Positions 37,644 to 47,363 of a stretch of 64,000 bases of DNA are shown in pieces. A program made the position numbers and the translations under genes. The DNA is from Candidatus Omnitrophota bacterium (lineage in GTDB: Bacteria; Omnitrophota; Gorgyraeia; Gygaellales; Profunditerraquicolaceae). Each line of letters begins with the position of its first letter. Position 1 is the stretch's first letter. Under the pieces are notes generated by a model that had not been told where the DNA came from, did not search any database, and saw only the letters and a program-made list of their open reading frames with translations. The stretch is taken from NCBI GenBank assembly GCA_041650835.1, contig JBAZKL010000002.1:142477-206476 (forward strand), read 5' to 3'.

Positions 37644-38810
37644 ATGATGAAAATATACAAGAAAGCTTTGCTTCCCGAAGGTTTTAGCGCCCACGGCCTT
37701 GCCTGCGGGCTTAAAAAATCAAAGAAGCCCGATCTGGCGCTCATCTACTCTCAGGTACCTGCTTGTGCCAGCGCCTGTTTTACTACCAATAAAATCCCGG
37801 CTGCGCCGGTCCTGCTGAACCGGGAGCATTTGAAGAAAGCCGGGCGGCACCAGGCGATAATCGTCAACAGCGGGAACGCGAATTGTTTTACCGGCGCAAG
37901 AGGGCTTGCGGCAGCGCAATGCACCGCGCGGATCTTCGCCGATGAATTGGGTATCGCAAAAGAAAGCGTATTAGTTAATTCTACGGGTATTATCGGAAAG
38001 CAGCTTTCTGTCGTAAAAATTAAAAAAGCCGCGCCTGAGCTGGTGCGCGGTTTGTCTGTGACGGGGATCACGCGGGCTTCCCGGGCTATTATGACTACGG
38101 ATACCTTCGTTAAAGAAGTAACCGTTGATCTTAAGGTCGGTAATAAGGCGGTCCGGTTATGCGGGATCGCAAAAGGAGCGGGAATGATCGCTCCCGACCT
38201 GGCAACGATGCTCGCGTTTATCACCACTGATGCCGCAATAACCCGCCGCGCGTTGGATAAAGCCCTAAGAACGGCGGTAGCGCATTCATTCAATTGTATT
38301 ACGGTTGACGGCTGTATGAGCACGAATGACACAGTCATAGTTTTGGCGAACGCTGCAAGTAAGAATAAGCTTATTGACCTTACATCTTCAGCCGCCGCGG
38401 GCAGTGGATCGAAGGATTTTAACCTGTTTTGCGAAGCCCTGCGCATTGTGTGCCAGGAATTAGCGCAGATGATAGTCCGTGATGCCGAAGGAGCGACAAA
38501 ATTCATCAGCATTCACGTTAAAAACGCACGGAATTTCCCTGACGCGCGCAAGTGCGCTTTAGCGATCGCTAATTCCAACTTGTTCAAAACAGCGATGTAT
38601 GGGTGTAATCCTAATTTCGGCAGGGTCGCCGCAAGCGTCGGGGCAAGCGGGATTGTCGTCACTGAAAAAGGCTTAAAAATAAAATTGGGCCCGCTCCAGA
38701 AAAAAAATATCCATGTGGAGGTGAACCTCTCTATGGGGAGCGCTGAAGCTACTATTTATACTTCAGACTTAAGCCCGGAGTATGTTTTGATAAACGCGGC
38801 GTATAATTAA
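37644..38810 (+). CDS. argJ: Bifunctional glutamate N-acetyltransferase / amino-acid acetyltransferase
   Basis: ArgJ family with the autoproteolytic ATML/T motif (DLATMLAFITTDA). Confidence 0.85.
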   Translation: MMKIYKKALLPEGFSAHGLACGLKKSKKPDLALIYSQVPACASACFTTNKIPAAPVLLNREHLKKAGRHQAIIVNSGNANCFTGARGLAAAQCTARIFADELGIAKESVLVNSTGIIGKQLSVVKIKKAAPELVRGLSVTGITRASRAIMTTDTFVKEVTVDLKVGNKAVRLCGIAKGAGMIAPDLATMLAFITTDAAITRRALDKALRTAVAHSFNCITVDGCMSTNDTVIVLANAASKNKLIDLTSSAAAGSGSKDFNLFCEALRIVCQELAQMIVRDAEGATKFISIHVKNARNFPDARKCALAIANSNLFKTAMYGCNPNFGRVAASVGASGIVVTEKGLKIKLGPLQKKNIHVEVNLSMGSAEATIYTSDLSPEYVLINAAYN

Positions 38811-38889
38811 GTGTTCTTTATAAAGGCTTACAGGAATAACCTGTACGATCTTATTAAGAGAACGCCAAACAAAGGAAAAAGAGTGTAAA

Positions 38890-39744
38890 ATGGAAGCTGC
38901 TATTAAGAAAGCGGATGTTTTGATTGAGGCTTTACCGTATATAAAGAAATTCCATAAAAAGATCGTAGTGATCAAATATGGAGGAAGTATTCTTGGAGAA
39001 GATAAGATCAGGAAAGGGGTGATAGAAGATATTATTTTCCTGAATTTTATGGGATTAAAGCCTGTTCTGGTCCACGGAGGCGGGCCGAATATCAGCGACC
39101 GCATCCGCTCTACCGGGAAAAAAAGCGAGTTTTTAGACGGCATGCGCGTCACTGACGAGGAGACGTTAAGGGTTGTTGAGGAGGAATTGCAGAAACTCAA
39201 TGATCAGATCGTATACGAGATCGGAGAATTAGGAGGAAAAGCTGTCGGATTGAACGGAAAAAATAATAAATTGGTCCTCGCCGAGAAAAAGAAAGCCAAG
39301 ATCGATTTAGGCCTTGTCGGTAATATTATCGGCATCAATACGCAGGTTGTCCTTGATGAATTAAGATCTGATTCCATCGTTGTCATTCTCCCGATGGGGG
39401 TCGGAAATGACGGGCTCACGTACAATGTGAACGCTGACGAAGCGGCCTCGCATATCTCCTGGTCGTTGAAAGCGGAGAAATTAGTCCTGCTCACCGACGT
39501 AAAAGGGATCATGCGTAACCCTGAAGACCCGAATTCTTTTCTTTCAACGCTCACCAGGGAGGAATCTATCGGGCTTATCCAGGAAAAGGTCGTCCAGAAA
39601 GGAATGATCCCTAAGGTTGACGCCTGTATCGGAGCGCTCAATAACGGGGTTAAACAAACGCATATTATCAACGCGCGGATACCCCACGCGTTATTATTAG
39701 AGGTGTTTACGGACCAGGGGATCGGCACTGAGATCATTAAATAA
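38890..39744 (+). CDS. argB: Acetylglutamate kinase
   Basis: VIKYGGS, LVHGGGP, NVNADEAA motifs. Confidence 0.9.
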   Translation: MEAAIKKADVLIEALPYIKKFHKKIVVIKYGGSILGEDKIRKGVIEDIIFLNFMGLKPVLVHGGGPNISDRIRSTGKKSEFLDGMRVTDEETLRVVEEELQKLNDQIVYEIGELGGKAVGLNGKNNKLVLAEKKKAKIDLGLVGNIIGINTQVVLDELRSDSIVVILPMGVGNDGLTYNVNADEAASHISWSLKAEKLVLLTDVKGIMRNPEDPNSFLSTLTREESIGLIQEKVVQKGMIPKVDACIGALNNGVKQTHIINARIPHALLLEVFTDQGIGTEIIK

Positions 39745-40977
39745 ATGAAACTTGAAGAAATATTTGAAACCTATAAGAACTGCATTATGCCGACCTACAC
39801 CAAGACTCCGTTAGTCTTCGTGAAAGGCAAAGGCTCCCGGCTCTGGGATATTCACAATGATTCTTATCTTGATTTCTTTCCTGGATGGGGAGTTTGTAAC
39901 CTCGGGCATTGCCATCCCAAGGTGATGTCCGCGGTCCGCGACCAGGTTTCTAAACTTATATTTGTCCCGAATAATTATTACACGGTACCTCAGGCGAAAT
40001 TGGCCAAAGAATTGAATATGCTCGCTCAACACCCCTTTAAGGTATTTTTTTGTAATTCCGGGGCGGAAGCCAATGAAGCCGCGATAAAGTTCAGCCGTAA
40101 GCACGCGGATGCCTCAAAAGCCTCCGGCGGTAAAAATGCCCTCAGTAATACCCTTGGGGGGGGGAGATTTGAAATTATTACTTTTAAGGATTCCTTCCAT
40201 GGAAGGACGTTAGGAGCGCTGGCAGCAACTGGACAGCCCAAATATCAGGCAGGCTTTGCGCCGCTTCCCGGAGGATTTAAAACAGTCGTTTATAATGACC
40301 TGACGGCGGTTAAAAACGCCTTAACTGAACATACGGTCGGCATCATGCTCGAACTTATTCAAGGCGAAGGAGGCATCAATATCGCCGAAAAGCATTTTGT
40401 CAGCGGTTTGAGGAAGCTCTGCGACGAACATAAACTTTTGTTGATCATCGATGAGGTCCAAACCGGCATAGGGCGCACGGGGAAATTGTTCGCCTACCAG
40501 CATTATGATATTATTCCTGATGTGGTGACTTTAGCAAAGGCTCTCGGGGGAGGTTTTCCTATCGGCGTTATGATGGCAAAGAAATCCATTGCCGACTGTT
40601 TGTCCGCAGGCACGCACGCATCCACATTCGGCGGGGGCGCGGTTATTTGTAAAGCGGCGCTTGCCGTATTAACGGCGCTGCGAAAGGAAAAATTACTGCA
40701 AAATGCCGTAAAAATGGGGAGTTACCTTCAGCAAGGGCTGCTTGAGTTAAAGTCCTCCAACCCGATGATCAAAGAGGTCAGAGGGATAGGCTTAATGTGG
40801 GGGATCCAGCTTGACCGGGAAGGTAAATCCGTAGTAGAAGGGTGTTTGAAGAAAAAACTGTTGATCAACTGTACCCATGACACTGTTTTACGCCTCATGC
40901 CTGCGTTGAATGTAACAAAGAAAGAGATCGATAAAGCGGTCTATATACTCGGCAGCGTGTTAAAAACTTTAAACTAA
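39745..40977 (+). CDS. argD: Acetylornithine aminotransferase (class III PLP aminotransferase)
   Basis: LIIDEVQTGIGRTGKLFA, TLAKALGGGFPIG (PLP-Lys) motifs. Confidence 0.8.
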   Translation: MKLEEIFETYKNCIMPTYTKTPLVFVKGKGSRLWDIHNDSYLDFFPGWGVCNLGHCHPKVMSAVRDQVSKLIFVPNNYYTVPQAKLAKELNMLAQHPFKVFFCNSGAEANEAAIKFSRKHADASKASGGKNALSNTLGGGRFEIITFKDSFHGRTLGALAATGQPKYQAGFAPLPGGFKTVVYNDLTAVKNALTEHTVGIMLELIQGEGGINIAEKHFVSGLRKLCDEHKLLLIIDEVQTGIGRTGKLFAYQHYDIIPDVVTLAKALGGGFPIGVMMAKKSIADCLSAGTHASTFGGGAVICKAALAVLTALRKEKLLQNAVKMGSYLQQGLLELKSSNPMIKEVRGIGLMWGIQLDREGKSVVEGCLKKKLLINCTHDTVLRLMPALNVTKKEIDKAVYILGSVLKTLN

Positions 40978-40986
40978 AAGGAAAGC

Positions 40987-41901
40987 ATGAAGAAAGATTT
41001 TATTACCATAGCAGATCTAAACAAAAAACAGGTCAATGATATTTTACTGTTAGCCGCGGATATTAAAAAACGGCCGCAGGATTTCACGGGGATTTTAAAA
41101 GGGAAGACCCTGGCTTTGATCTTTGAAAAACCCTCCAACCGTACCTATGTTTCTTTCCAGGTCGGCATGTATCAGCTGGGAGGTAATTCTATATACCTGG
41201 GCCCGGAGCATATTAAATTAGGAGTGAGAGAAACTGTTCATGACGTCGCTCAAACCTTAAGCAGGTATGTCAATTCGATCGTTTTACGCACCTTTGCCCA
41301 CAAGAACGTTATTGATATGGCGGCGCACGCAAGCGTCCCCGTTATTAACGGGTTATCCGACCTGTTGCATCCCTGCCAGGGATTGACCGATATTTTTACG
41401 GTTAAAGAGAAGGCCGGTAAATATAAGAACATAACCATGGCATATATCGGAGACGGAAATAATGTTTGCCATTCTTTGCTTCATTCATGCTCCAAGGTCG
41501 GGCTTAATTTACGTATTGCCACGCCTGCCGGATATGAACCCGAACCCGGTATTGTCAAACAATCCCTGGGCTTCGCAAAGGATTCAGGATCGCTCATCGA
41601 ACTGTTCACTGATCCTCAAAAAGCCGTCCGCGGTGCGGATGTGATTTACACTGATGTATGGGCCAGTATGGGGCAGGAGGAAGAAACAGCTCAAAGAAGG
41701 AAAATATTCGCCGAATTCCAGATTAACCAGGGGCTTGTTGCCCAGGCAAAGAAAAACGCCATTATCATGCACTGCCTGCCGGCCCATCGGGGAGATGAAA
41801 TTACTGACGGAGTCATTAACAGCAAGAATTCCGTGGTTTTCGACCAGGCTGAAAACAGGCTGCATGTTCAGAAAGCGATCTTAATCAAACTTTTAACTTA
41901 G
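40987..41901 (+). CDS. argF: Ornithine carbamoyltransferase-family protein with variant carbamoyl-phosphate motif (SNRTY instead of STRTR)
   Basis: IFEKPSNRTYVSF, HPCQ, DVWASMG, HCLPAHRGDE blocks. Sits between argD and argG. Confidence 0.7.
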   Translation: MKKDFITIADLNKKQVNDILLLAADIKKRPQDFTGILKGKTLALIFEKPSNRTYVSFQVGMYQLGGNSIYLGPEHIKLGVRETVHDVAQTLSRYVNSIVLRTFAHKNVIDMAAHASVPVINGLSDLLHPCQGLTDIFTVKEKAGKYKNITMAYIGDGNNVCHSLLHSCSKVGLNLRIATPAGYEPEPGIVKQSLGFAKDSGSLIELFTDPQKAVRGADVIYTDVWASMGQEEETAQRRKIFAEFQINQGLVAQAKKNAIIMHCLPAHRGDEITDGVINSKNSVVFDQAENRLHVQKAILIKLLT

Positions 41902-41968
41902 GAGAAACTGAGGCAGCGTGTTTTTTAAATGAACTTTAAAAAGCATCTTCCTTGAAAGCGTAAAACAC

Positions 41969-43150
41969 ATGAAAAAAGTAGTTTTGGCGTATTCCGGCGG
42001 GTTAGATACATCCTGTATTGTGCGTTGGTTATGTGATAGAGAGTTTGAAGTCATTTGTTTCGTCGCTGATCTGGGACAGGGCTTGGGTAAAGGCGAGAAT
42101 TTCGAAGAGATCGAAGCGCGCGCGCTCTCCGCGGGAGCTTCAAAAGTATATATAAAAGACCTCCAGGACGAATTTGTCGATGATTTTATCGTCCCTGCCC
42201 TTAAAGCGAACGCGATTTATGAAGGAAAATATTTGCTGGCGACCGCGCTCGGTAGGCCGCTCATCGCTAAATACCTGGTTGAGGTAGCGCATAAGGAGAA
42301 AGCCGGATTTGTCGCTCATGGGTGTACCGGTAAAGGCAACGACCAGGTCAGGCTGGAAGTTACCATAGGGATATTAGACCCGAAATTGGAGATCATAGCG
42401 CCGGTAAGAGAGTGGGAATTCAAGTCGCGTGAAGAAGAGATCGATTATGCCCTGGCTAACAATATCCCTATAGATGTCACCAAAAAGAAACCCTACAGTA
42501 TCGACAGGAATATCTGGGGCATCAGCATTGAAGCGGGTGTCCTTGAAGACCTCGAACAAGAGCCTCCTGAAGATGCCTATATGATAACCAAAAGCCCTTC
42601 ACAGGTATCGACGTACCCGAAATACATGGAAATCACCTTTGAAAAGGGAGTCCCCAGGAAACTTAACGGCAAGGCGCTCAAACTTAAAGCTATGATCGAA
42701 GAATTGAACCTTATCGGCGGACAGCATGGTATCGGGCGGTGTGATTCGGTGGAAAACAGGCTCGTGGGGATTAAATCCCGCGAAGTCTACGAGGCTCCGG
42801 CAGGGACAATTCTTTATACCGCTCACCGTGAATTAGAAAGCCTGGTTTTAGACCGGGAGTTAGCGCATTATAAGGAAATGATATCGCTTAAGTATTCGGA
42901 GCTTATATACTACGGCCTTTGGTATTCCCATTTAAAAGAGTCTTTAGACGGATTTATCAATTCCAGCCAGAAATATGTATCAGGAGCGATAAAATTAAGA
43001 TTATCCAAGGGTACCTGTGTCGCGGTAGGCAGGAGATCACCGTATTCTTTATACAAAAAAGAGCTCAGCACCTATGGGAAAGAAGATAAATTCAACCAAA
43101 AGTTAGCTGAAGGCTTTATTAAACTGTGGGCGATGCCGTATAAGAGATAG
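41969..43150 (+). CDS. argG: Argininosuccinate synthase
   Basis: VVLAYSGGLDTS (PP-loop) and full-length ArgG. Confidence 0.9.
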   Translation: MKKVVLAYSGGLDTSCIVRWLCDREFEVICFVADLGQGLGKGENFEEIEARALSAGASKVYIKDLQDEFVDDFIVPALKANAIYEGKYLLATALGRPLIAKYLVEVAHKEKAGFVAHGCTGKGNDQVRLEVTIGILDPKLEIIAPVREWEFKSREEEIDYALANNIPIDVTKKKPYSIDRNIWGISIEAGVLEDLEQEPPEDAYMITKSPSQVSTYPKYMEITFEKGVPRKLNGKALKLKAMIEELNLIGGQHGIGRCDSVENRLVGIKSREVYEAPAGTILYTAHRELESLVLDRELAHYKEMISLKYSELIYYGLWYSHLKESLDGFINSSQKYVSGAIKLRLSKGTCVAVGRRSPYSLYKKELSTYGKEDKFNQKLAEGFIKLWAMPYKR

Positions 43151-43155
43151 ACAAA

Positions 43156-43200
43156 AAGTCACAGGTCACAAGACACAAGTAGTCCATAGTCGATAGTCCA
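43156..43200. repeat. Module-A intergenic motif (gtcacaggtcacaagacaca...gtagtccatagtcgatagtcc), one of three copies
   Basis: Same motif pair as at 56818-56880 and 57094-57155 (aagtcacaag.cacagg...cacgtagtcgatagtctatagtcgatggtcc). Confidence 0.6.
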
Positions 43201-43307
43201 AGGCAAAAGAATATCTGGCGACAGGGGCACCCGGAGAACCAGGAAGTCAAGATTATGGCATCGGGGATAATAAAAGAAAATTAAAAGGTAAAAAAAGAGG
43301 TTTTATA

Positions 43308-44669
43308 ATGGCTAAGAAATTGTGGGGTGGAAGATTCAGTAAGCCGATCGACCCGTTAGTTGAAGCATTTACTCAGTCGATTCAATTTGATCATAAATTG
43401 GCTGAATGCGATGTTCTGGGTTCTATAGCCCATGTTACCATATTGAAAAAGGCCGGATTGCTTACTCAACCGGAAGCGTCGCGATTAATCCGCGGCCTCC
43501 AGGATATCCTGAAAATCATATATAAAAATAATTACAAACCCGATATGGCTGCGGAAGACGTGCATTCCGATATCCAGAATAAATTGCAGCATTCACTCGG
43601 GGATATAGTCTTAAAAATGCACACGGCCCGTTCGCGTAATGATCAAGTGGCGTTTGCCGCTAAATTGTATTGTAAATTAGTGCTGCAAAAGTCGATACTG
43701 GTTGAACTCGATACGCTCAAGGCAACTTTGCTTGCCTGCGGCAGCAAACATAAACAGTTGATAATCCCGGGATTCACTCATTTACAGCACGCGCAGCCGG
43801 TTTATTTGAAAGATTTTTTTAATGCCTACGCGATAATGCTCAAAAAAGACCTGGAGCGCCTGGGAACAATCAGCCGGAATATCCACTTGACGTTAGGGGC
43901 GGGAGCTTTGGCAGGTACGCCTATTCAGGCGGCTACGTATTCTCTCAAAGCCTCAGAATTTATGCAGGGCTACAGCGCAGGTTCAGACTTTAATATAAAA
44001 GCAACGGTCAATTCTCTTGAGAGCGTAAGCGACCGGGATTTTGTGATCGAAATAATCAGCGCTTTAGCGATCCTCGCGATGCATCTGTCGCGCTTAGCGG
44101 AAGACCTGATACTCTGGTCGACGAAGGAGTTCGATTTTGTGGAGCTTGATGACGCCTTTTGCACGGGCAGCTCGCTGATGCCGCAGAAAAAGAACCCTGA
44201 TGTATTGGAGCTGGTGCGCGGGTATGCCGGCCGGCTGAACGGGAACCTGGTAAGTGTATTAACGATGATGAAAGGGCTGCCCTTGACCTATAACCGGGAT
44301 ATGCAGTTGGATAAGGAGCCATTATTTAATTCCTTTGAAATAATTTCCGACGAATTAGAGGTCCTGGCAGGCCTTGTAAATACCCTGAAATTCAAAAAAG
44401 ACAAGATCGCCGCGCATCTTAAAGATGAATCCTTGTACGCCACCGACCTGGTGTATTACCTGGTTGATAAAAAGGTCCCCTTTAAACAAGCGCATACGAT
44501 CGTCGGCAAACTGATCCAATATTCGCTGGCGCACGGGATTGAAATTAAAGCGATGCCGGAAGATATTTTAAAGGAGTTTTCAGGGTCGTTAGTGAAAAGG
44601 GAAATAGTAAAGCTTTTTGATCCTTTGGTTTCGGTAAGATCCAAGAAATCGATACTCAGAAAAAAATAA
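43308..44669 (+). CDS. argH: Argininosuccinate lyase
   Basis: WGGRF N-terminus, fumarate-lyase signature GSSLMPQKKNPD. Confidence 0.9.
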   Translation: MAKKLWGGRFSKPIDPLVEAFTQSIQFDHKLAECDVLGSIAHVTILKKAGLLTQPEASRLIRGLQDILKIIYKNNYKPDMAAEDVHSDIQNKLQHSLGDIVLKMHTARSRNDQVAFAAKLYCKLVLQKSILVELDTLKATLLACGSKHKQLIIPGFTHLQHAQPVYLKDFFNAYAIMLKKDLERLGTISRNIHLTLGAGALAGTPIQAATYSLKASEFMQGYSAGSDFNIKATVNSLESVSDRDFVIEIISALAILAMHLSRLAEDLILWSTKEFDFVELDDAFCTGSSLMPQKKNPDVLELVRGYAGRLNGNLVSVLTMMKGLPLTYNRDMQLDKEPLFNSFEIISDELEVLAGLVNTLKFKKDKIAAHLKDESLYATDLVYYLVDKKVPFKQAHTIVGKLIQYSLAHGIEIKAMPEDILKEFSGSLVKREIVKLFDPLVSVRSKKSILRKK

Positions 44670-44679
44670 CCCGAGAGAA

Positions 44680-45942
44680 TTGACCATGCACGATTTTAAG
44701 GTTATTAAGAATAGCTTGTACTGCGAAGGGTTAAAGATAGAGGCTCTCGCCAGGCGCTTTGGAACCCCCCTCTATGTATATAGCCACCATACATTGATCG
44801 ACCATTACGCCAAGCTTTACGCGGCGTTCCGGCAGATCGACCCGCTGATCTGCTACTCGGTCAAAGCTAACTCAAATTTGTCTATTCTCAAAGCGCTTGT
44901 GTCTCGAGGCGCCGGCCTTGATATTGTATCCGGAGGAGAACTTTTTCGAGCGCTCAAAGTAGGGTGTCCCGCCGAAAGGATCGTTTACGCGTCTGTCGGC
45001 AAGACAAACCGCGAAATAGAGGACTCACTCAAAGCAGGCATTTTATTCTTTAATGTCGAAAGTTTACCGGAGTTGGAGAACATCAACCGTATCGCCTCAA
45101 AGCTCAACCGGCATACGCGCGTTGCCATACGCGTCAACCCCGACGTGGAACCTAAGACGCATAAATATATTACTACGGGAAAACTTACGAATAAATTCGG
45201 GATAGACCTGTTGACCGCTCATGATATTTTAGCGGTAAGAAGCCGATTCTCAAATCTTACGATTTCGGGGTTGCATATACATATCGGCTCGCAAATAACG
45301 GAAAGCGAATCGTTCGTCGCGGCAATAAACAAGATGGCCGCATTTATTGAAAAATTAAAACGTCAAGGCATTAACCTTGAGTATTTGAATATCGGCGGCG
45401 GGCTGGGTATTGTTTATGATAATGAATCGCCGCAGACAGCGGAAAAGTACGCGACAGAGATTTTACCTTTATTGAAACGGACCGGCCTTAAAATAATCAT
45501 GGAGCCCGGCAGGTTCATCGCCGGTAACGCGGGTATCCTGGTAGTCAAAGTTTTATACGTCAAAACTTCGCCTAAAAAGAAGTTCATTATAGTTGACGGC
45601 GGAATGAACGACCTGATCCGTCCATCGCTTTACGGGGCTTACCACCAGATCGTCCCGACGTCCGGGCCTCAACGCTCAGCAGTAACCGAAAAAGCTGATG
45701 TCGTCGGACCTATCTGTGAGTCAGGTGATTTTTTTGCCAAAGACAGAATGCTCCCGAGGGTTACCGAAGGCGATTTTTTAGCGGTAATGAGCGCCGGCGC
45801 CTATGGCTTCAGCATGTCGAGTAATTATAATTCCCGCTGCCGCGCGGCAGAGGTTATGGTAAAAGGCAAGCGCGCGCACCTGATACGCAAACGTGAGCGC
45901 TATTGCGATTTGACCGCGAACGAGGAGATCATTGCGTTATGA
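44680..45942 (+). CDS. lysA: Diaminopimelate decarboxylase
   Basis: TPLYVYS, YSVKANSN (PLP-Lys), GGGLG, CESGD motifs. Confidence 0.85.
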   Translation: MTMHDFKVIKNSLYCEGLKIEALARRFGTPLYVYSHHTLIDHYAKLYAAFRQIDPLICYSVKANSNLSILKALVSRGAGLDIVSGGELFRALKVGCPAERIVYASVGKTNREIEDSLKAGILFFNVESLPELENINRIASKLNRHTRVAIRVNPDVEPKTHKYITTGKLTNKFGIDLLTAHDILAVRSRFSNLTISGLHIHIGSQITESESFVAAINKMAAFIEKLKRQGINLEYLNIGGGLGIVYDNESPQTAEKYATEILPLLKRTGLKIIMEPGRFIAGNAGILVVKVLYVKTSPKKKFIIVDGGMNDLIRPSLYGAYHQIVPTSGPQRSAVTEKADVVGPICESGDFFAKDRMLPRVTEGDFLAVMSAGAYGFSMSSNYNSRCRAAEVMVKGKRAHLIRKRERYCDLTANEEIIAL

Positions 45943-46757
45943 TAAAACACCTGGAATTCACTAAAATGGTCGCTTCAGGCAATGACTTCGTTGTCATTGA
46001 GAACGACCAATCGCTGAAAAAAGACGATTTACAATCATTAGCGCGAGAGGTCTGCGACCGTAAATTCGGGGCCGGTGCCGACGGACTGCTCGTTCTGGAA
46101 AAATCGATCGTTGCGGACGTTAAAATGCGCATTTTCAATGCCGACGGGTCAGAAGCGGAAATGTGCGGTAATGGGGCGCGGTGTGTCGCCTGTTGGATAA
46201 GTACATCCCGGAAGATAAAGAACGGCGAGCTTAAGATCGAAACTAAAGCCGGATTGATCGAATCGGAGATAATCAACGATAATATCAGCGTTAAATTAAC
46301 TGATCCCCGGTCGGTTAAGCTTAACATCCTCTTGGACCTTGAAGGGCGGAAATTATACGTAAATTTTATAAATACCGGGGTCCCGCACGCGGTTATTTTC
46401 GTCGAGGGTTTGGACAAGATCGATGTAGAGGGGATCGGCAGGAAAATAAGGTCCCACGAACAATTCTCGCCCGCGGGCACTAATGTTAATTTCATAGAAC
46501 TTATTAATGAGAATTCCCTGAGGATACGCACGTACGAACGGGGAGTTGAGAATGAGACCCTGGCCTGCGGCACCGGCTCTGTAGCTGCCGCGCTTATTTT
46601 CGCGATGAAGACCGATGCGGTGGAAAAGATCTTTGTCCATACTCAAAGTAAAGAAGTTGTGGCCGTTTATTTCGACCGTGCCGGGGATGTCTTTAAAAAT
46701 GTCTGGCTTGAAGGTAAAGCAAGGGTGGTATTCCAGGGGCAGTTTGGATCTTTATAG
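45939..46757 (+). CDS. dapF: Diaminopimelate epimerase
   Basis: FTKMVASGNDFVVIEN, MCGNGARC, LACGTGS (both catalytic Cys). The ATG at 45939 overlaps the lysA stop (ATGA). Confidence 0.85.
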   Translation: MIKHLEFTKMVASGNDFVVIENDQSLKKDDLQSLAREVCDRKFGAGADGLLVLEKSIVADVKMRIFNADGSEAEMCGNGARCVACWISTSRKIKNGELKIETKAGLIESEIINDNISVKLTDPRSVKLNILLDLEGRKLYVNFINTGVPHAVIFVEGLDKIDVEGIGRKIRSHEQFSPAGTNVNFIELINENSLRIRTYERGVENETLACGTGSVAAALIFAMKTDAVEKIFVHTQSKEVVAVYFDRAGDVFKNVWLEGKARVVFQGQFGSL

Positions 46758-46766
46758 GAGGCGTTT

Positions 46767-47333
46767 ATGGTTCTCTACGTTCTATTAGGTGTTGCGGTGA
46801 TCGCCGGTATTTGGTTGGCTGGCGCGTACAATTTTCTCGTCGCCTTGAAAAACCAGATGCTGAACTGCTGGAAGCAGATCGATGTGCAGCTCAAACGAAG
46901 GTATGACCTGGTCCCGAATCTGGTTGAAACGGTCAAGGGAGTGATGAAATTCGAACAGGATACCTTTACCAAAGTCATTGAAGCAAGGAACAAAGCGGTT
47001 TCTTTACAAGGAGGCATCGCGGAAAAGGCGGCGCAGGAAAATATTTTGAGCGGGGCGCTGCGCCAGTTGTTCGCGTTAGTGGAGAATTATCCGCAGCTAA
47101 AATCAAATGAGAATGTTTCAAAATTGCAGGAAGAGCTGGCAGCGACTGAAAACAGGATCAGCGCGGCCCGGCAGGCATATAACGACAGTGCGACCAGGTT
47201 TAATATCGCGGTGCAAAGCTTTCCGCTCAATATAATAGCCGGAATGTTTAATTTCAAAGCCGCTGAGCTGTTCGAGGTATCCGATGTTAAGGAAAAAGAG
47301 GTCCCCAAGGTCGATCTCAATCTGAATAAATAA
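46767..47333 (+). CDS. LemA family membrane protein
   Basis: N-terminal TM followed by ...YNFLVALKNQMLNCWKQIDVQLKRRYDLVPNLVETVKG.... Confidence 0.7.
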   Translation: MVLYVLLGVAVIAGIWLAGAYNFLVALKNQMLNCWKQIDVQLKRRYDLVPNLVETVKGVMKFEQDTFTKVIEARNKAVSLQGGIAEKAAQENILSGALRQLFALVENYPQLKSNENVSKLQEELAATENRISAARQAYNDSATRFNIAVQSFPLNIIAGMFNFKAAELFEVSDVKEKEVPKVDLNLNK

Positions 47334-47363
47334 CACGGAGAATAATATATCAAGGAGAGTTAC

